DNA from: Octopus sinensis
Lineage: Eukaryota
NCBI RefSeq assembly: GCF_006345805.1
Contig: NW_021832987.1
Coordinates: 1 to 59,304, forward strand
Direction of reading: 5' to 3'
DNA length: 59,304 bases
The position numbers and the translations under genes were made by a program. Shown here in pieces: positions 53,798 through 59,304 of this stretch. Each line of letters starts with the position of its first letter. The stretch's first letter is position 1. The notes under the pieces were generated by a model. It did not search any database. It saw only the letters and a program-made list of their open reading frames with translations, and had not been told where the DNA came from.

Positions 53798-55270
53798 TTA
53801 GAATATCCGTAACTAGATAGATAGATATAACTTGATTTCTACTAGTATAGCACTGCTTTAAGTAGATAACTAAGAGTTCTCACACTACAGTTATCTTTTT
53901 CCTTATATCTGCATCAGTTTTTTGAGAACAGGGAAATGAATAGTACTTATACGCTGCTTAATTGAGGCTTTATTTAATTTCAAACTCATAATTTTTAAAT
54001 TCTTAATTTAAATCTTAATTGTAATTTTTAATTTTAATTCCTAACTTAATCTAATTTAGTAGCATAACTCTAATAAAATAAAATGAGATACTATAGCCCC
54101 ATAATTCTATTTCAAAATTAAATAAATAAGGCTACCCCCTCGGTGATAATATGATTATCTTCATTATGATAGACAATCCCCTAACACCTTGTAAATGATC
54201 TTCTAAGATTTGACCTGTAGTCCGTCAATGTATGAATAATAACGGCAACTCCTTAAGACAATAAAATGAATAAATTAAATAAGTAAGTTTTATGGACTTT
54301 TTGATAAGATTATACTTAGATTTTCCTAATGTAATTTCTTTTGATTTTAGCATCTGACCCCTAAACCCCTGACTGTGTTATCTCTTTAGATTCTCTTTAA
54401 ATTCATAGCTGATTTCAACAGCAATAAATTAGCTGTTTTACTGGCCAAAGAATAATATTCTCCTCTAGTTCCTAGATGCCTGTAAATTAAAACCAGACTT
54501 GCCGTCTACTAATTCTTCTGTATAACTAGAACCCTCATTTTTATTTTTATTTTTATTTTTTCCCTTCTTTCCCTATTCCTTTCTCTTTTCTCTTTTTTCT
54601 GTTTCTTCTTCTTATTCTCTTTTTCCTTTTCTCTTCTCTTTTAGTCCCCTTCCCCCCCCCCCTTTTTTTTGCTCCCTCCTCCTTTATTTTCTCTCTTTTC
54701 TTCTATTCCCTTCCCTTTCTATTCTTGGCCTCTCTAGAAAGCCGTTCAGCCTTTAAAAGTTGGGAGTTAAATAGCTACAGCCTCTTGTAAATAGCAGTAA
54801 TGTGATTAATGTGGCAAATACCTAATCATATAACAAGAATTGATACCTACCTCATTGTGTTCAACCATTGATAAATTTATCGCCTGTGATTATGAAATTC
54901 CACTTCATTTCTCTGGAAACTTACATCTACACCATTGGAAATTGTGCATCTACACAAAGGATGATTCATCCTCTCTGTAATGCTAATAAGCAGGAATTGA
55001 GACCCACCTCGTTGTGATTAACAATGAATAAATTTGTCTTCTGTGAGTATGTAATCCCTCATCATATCTCTGGAAATTCACATGTGCTCTATGGATTAGG
55101 TCACCTTCTCTGTGATGCTATTAGAACTTTTTTAAAATTCTGTGATAAGACTGTACATCATCTTTAAAGAACTTTAATGAACTTTGGAAATCTGTTTATG
55201 TTACTTAATTATCTACATTACTTCATGAGTATAGCCTCAACCACTAGGATGTCTAGAGAACTCACATGTA

Positions 55271-55361
55271 TTTTAGCTGATGAGTACGGGACACGTTTAT
55301 ATGCTGTAATTTTTACAACTTTTAATAAAGCCTGTCCTTGTATGAAACGATTGTACTAAAA
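55271..55361 (+). ncRNA. Type I hammerhead ribozyme (right arm copy)
   Basis: TTTTAG-CTGATGA-GTACGGGACA...TGTCCTTGTAT-GAAAC-GATT-GTA^CTAAAA. Stem I is 6 bp, stem II is long and the GUA cleavage site is at 55355. Confidence 0.75.
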
Positions 55362-55415
55362 ACCTATCCATTCTTGTTGCTTCTTTCTCGCGTATATATA
55401 TATATATATATATAT

Positions 55416-57702
55416 GTTGATGGACTTGGTTCCCGTGGAGCGGGTTGTTCGGGGGCCCCCGCGCGCGCACGCCTTGGCGCGTGCTGGGGGCTGGTCGGCC
55501 CCATGGGCTTGCGTTGTATTGTTTGTGTGTTGTGTGTGTGAGCGTGCTTCGTGTGTGTGGGCGTGCTTCGGGTGTGTGCGTGCGTATGTATACATACATA
55601 CCCACACACATGCATGCATCCGTACCCACATACATACACGCACACCTACTCACACACACACTTACACACACACATACACACACACACCTACCCGCACACA
55701 CACACACATACATACATACACATGCACACCTACTTCAGACATACACACACACAGACATACACCCATACACTCACACTCACACGCATGCACACACACACAT
55801 ACACACAAACATACTTACATACTCCTATACGCACATACATACACACAGACATACACACATACACACTCACACATACATACACACACATACTTACACACAC
55901 ACTCGCCTGCACGCGCACACACATGCATGACAAACACCCATACACTCACACTCACATACACACACACCAACATATACACGCACACGCACACATAAACGCA
56001 CAAACACACCTACATATATTACACACGTACACACACACCTACATACACATGCATACACACACACACACAAACACACACGGACACACCCATACATACATAC
56101 ATACATACACCTATACACACACGCCCATACACACCTACATACACACACATGCATACACACACACACGAACACACCCATACATACTTACATACATACACCT
56201 ATACACACACGCCTACACACCGACATACACACACATGCATACACACACACATGTACGCACATTCACACACATATACGCACATACATATATACCTACACAC
56301 ATGCACACACACACACATACGCACATGCATACGCATACATGCATACATGCATACACACACACACGCACGTACACATACATACACACACACACATACATAC
56401 ACCCATACACATACATGCATCCTACACACACAGACATACACACTCATACATACATACACACACACACACTCACTCACACACCTGCATGTACGCGCACACA
56501 CATGCACATACACACACTTCCACACACACACACGATACACACATTACACACACACACAACACATACACATACCTACATACATCATATAACACATATACAC
56601 ACAAATATTACATTCATCGGACACACTGACACCCAGACTTACACACAGACACACTCACACATCCACACACATACATACTTACACACACACTCGCAGGCGC
56701 GCGCACATACACACTTGTGCACGTTCGCGCACGCATACACGCATGCATGCACCACGCTCGTGGTTGACCGACTAGATCTCCTGTACGTAGCTGGGGCCGG
56801 CGCGTGTCTTTGAGTTCTCCCACGCCTGTCGCCGCGGGACCACTCTTCCATCTTCCCCTTTCCCCCCCTCCGCTGCAGTTTTTTTTTCCTAACCCCCCCT
56901 CTTTGTACACACACGCACACACATACTCCCACCCACTCACACACACACATTTGCATATATATATAAATAAAACTTACACACACTTCAAATTTACTTGCCA
57001 TACACACAACTACGCACACGGGACCACTACCATCAACAACACACTGGCACGTTACATACGCCCACCCTTCCCTCCTTCCTTTTCCCCTCCATCCTCCTTT
57101 TTTACCACTGACCACTCACTCGAGACTTGCTATGTCATCCGTTCGCCTGCACGCACTAACATATACATATTTTTTGTTTTTTTATCTCGCCTCACACACA
57201 CATACACACACGCACACGCACACACTCACACATACATCACACGCACACACACATACCTCCCTGTTTCTTGATCTGCCTTTCTAACTTGCTAGGGTACCCC
57301 CACACACTCCTTTTATTCTACTACTGCCTGCTACTAGCCACTGTCCACCATACACACACATACACACACATGCACACACTCACACACACACCTTCGTTTT
57401 CTCGCACACCTTTTTTTAATCATTCCCTCTTTGATTCAGCTCTCCTGTTTTTAAAAACATTTTCCTCCTTTTTACCACTTCGTCTTTTTCAGTATGTGAC
57501 CTCGTGAAGACTACCTGCAATTTTTTTTTCCTCTGTCCTCTCCCCTCTCGGGATCTTTCTTTCTCCTATGTTTCCGACGAAGAGCTCCACTCGAAAACGT
57601 CATACCCTCCTTCTTCCATTTTCCTGAGCGCCTAATAATAATAATACTGTAAATTGGTTCCACGTGTTGTTGTTTTTTCTGTTTTCCCCGTTTGGATTAA
57701 CC
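55416..57702 (+). mobile_element. CA-microsatellite-rich element with GC-rich start and hammerhead-like 3' module
   Basis: GC-rich at 55416-55570, then CA-rich tracts, then CCGACGAAGAGCTCCACTCGAAAACGTC (57574-57601) homologous to 17563. Bounded by (TA)n. Confidence 0.55.
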
Positions 57703-57703
57703 T

Positions 57704-57804
<101 letters not shown>

Positions 57805-58555
57805 ATGTGTGGGGGGAGCAGTGTGTAAACGGATGTATGCATTGTATAATTTGCAATAAAATATGTTTCTTGAAATATATCTCCATACAGCAGAGAGTTT
57901 TAGAAGAATGGATGAAGTAAAAACAGAATAAACGTGAGTCAAATGCAGATAAAACACCAAGAGAAAATTGAGAGAAGAAAACAACAAACACAATAGAATA
58001 TTCTTTTAAAAACATGATGGATCTATTCTATTGTAAGAATTTGAATGCAATCAACCATGTGAATTTTCTTTAAGAGATGCTGTAATATATCAAGAAGAAA
58101 ATTACATCATTTCAAAAATTATGACAAGTAACTCAAATTTCGATGACGAACAACGGAGGTCTGGCTAAAAGGAAATAGAGGCTGTACCACACAATTACTC
58201 GTACACATATAAATAGGAATTACAACCGTGTTTCGTGGTCTGCTACCACAACCGCTCCTTTATAGGATCCAGTTAGCTCAAGACATCCTCAGGAGGAACC
58301 ACGTCCGGTTTCGGCCCCTACCCCTCTAACATTTTGACGTGCCCCCCCCCCCCTTTCCGAGGTGTCTTCAGCTCTGGGGTTGGGTGCATGTAGGTGTATT
58401 TGCGAGCCTCATGTTTAAATGAGAAATGTGAATATAACTATACATGCTCAAGCATTGATTTACTGCGACAGGCATTGACACATACACACACGTATGTATG
58501 TATGTGTATATATGTATGTGCGTATGTGTATTATATATATATATATATATAATAT

Positions 58556-58657
<102 letters not shown>

Positions 58658-58662
58658 GTGTG

Positions 58663-59304
58663 TATATTGACAGGGCAAGACTGCTAGGTAGTCGGCCGCA
58701 TGCTAGAAATAGATCATCAACTATCAAACTAAAAGAAAGTTCTCTAGAGGAAAAATTCAGCGAACACCAGAAACAAATTGGGTGGCCAGGACAGATGAAA
58801 ATTTATATAAAACAGAATTAATTGCATACCTCGGTTTCGGCCTTTAACAAAAGAATTACTTACATAATTCAAATGTCCGTGGCCTCATCAGTACAATCCT
58901 TCAGTGTAAATGCAATCCGCAAAATTAACCCCAGCTTTCTGTGCCAAAACAGTCGCGTGTTTAGTTTTACCGATTACATTAGGGATAAAATTTCAAATGT
59001 CCTAGTTCCGGCGCGCTAAAAGATTCCTAAAGCGAAGAACTGCAGTAAATAATTCACTGCGGTTAGTGCTTGCTACTAGAGAACGTATTTATTTCAATAT
59101 TTAAATAATGAGGGAGATAAATTAATATTAATTTTAATATCAATTTAAAACCAGTAGTCTAGCATACAAAAAATCTGAAAAATCAGGGAAAATTCTAATA
59201 CATGTATATATTGACAGGGCAAGACTGCTAGGTAGTCAGCCGCATCCTAGAAATAGATCATCAACGATCAAACTACAACGAAAGTTCTCTAGAGGAAAAA
59301 TTCA
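58663..59304 (-). mobile_element. 544-bp repeat unit carrying a hammerhead (Penelope pLTR or retrozyme-like), running off the window end
   Basis: TTGACAGGGCAAGACTGCTAGGTAGTC... occurs at 58667 and again at 59211. Confidence 0.8.
58821..58897 (-). ncRNA. Type I hammerhead ribozyme
   Basis: ATTGTA-CTGATGA-GGCC...GAATTAT/GTAATTC...GGCC-GAAAC-CGAG-GTA^TGCAAT has a complete core, a 6-bp stem I and a GGCC stem II. Confidence 0.85.

Larger units (their letters stand above)
52471..55391 (+). mobile_element. 5'-truncated Penelope-like retroelement with inverted terminal repeat, inserted in (TA)n
   Basis: Arms 52590-53318 and 54664-55391 are near-identical reverse complements. They flank a GIY-YIG domain, each carries a hammerhead, and (TA)n lies on both sides. 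Confidence 0.9.

Noticed and set aside
55177-55359. Identical 60-aa ORFs at 55177 (+) and 52622 (-)
   Set aside because: The identity follows from the inverted repeat. The ORF overlaps the hammerhead and has no recognisable motif.
55551-56813. 420-aa His/Thr-rich ORF and the many YI/CV/HT-rich ORFs elsewhere
   Set aside because: These are translations of CA/TA/TG microsatellites that lack stops, with no domain signal.

Overview
This is repeat-dense, AT-rich animal DNA with no intact protein-coding gene. The tRNA-derived SINE families and very high microsatellite density suggest an octopus or other coleoid cephalopod (inference). Nearly all ORFs in the supplied track are microsatellite or SINE artefacts. 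The supported content is: four SINE families (one a head/tail chimera); LINE remnants of the RTE (x2), CR1-like and R4/Dong types; mariner, DD41D, hAT-MITE and Helitron DNA elements; a 5S rRNA pseudogene; a divergent U2 snRNA copy; and a possible decayed C1q domain. The most notable layer is a set of hammerhead-ribozyme-bearing Penelope-like or retrozyme-like cassettes sitting in (TA)n tracts. These include a young GIY-YIG element with ~730-bp inverted arms, each carrying a hammerhead, a 544-bp repeat unit with a canonical hammerhead at the window end, and a small fold-back element with a hammerhead at 37.4 kb. Several long fold-back hairpins are also present, including a ~400-nt rod-like structure at 36.6-37.0 kb. 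Coordinates and base-pair counts were read by eye and may be off by a few bases.
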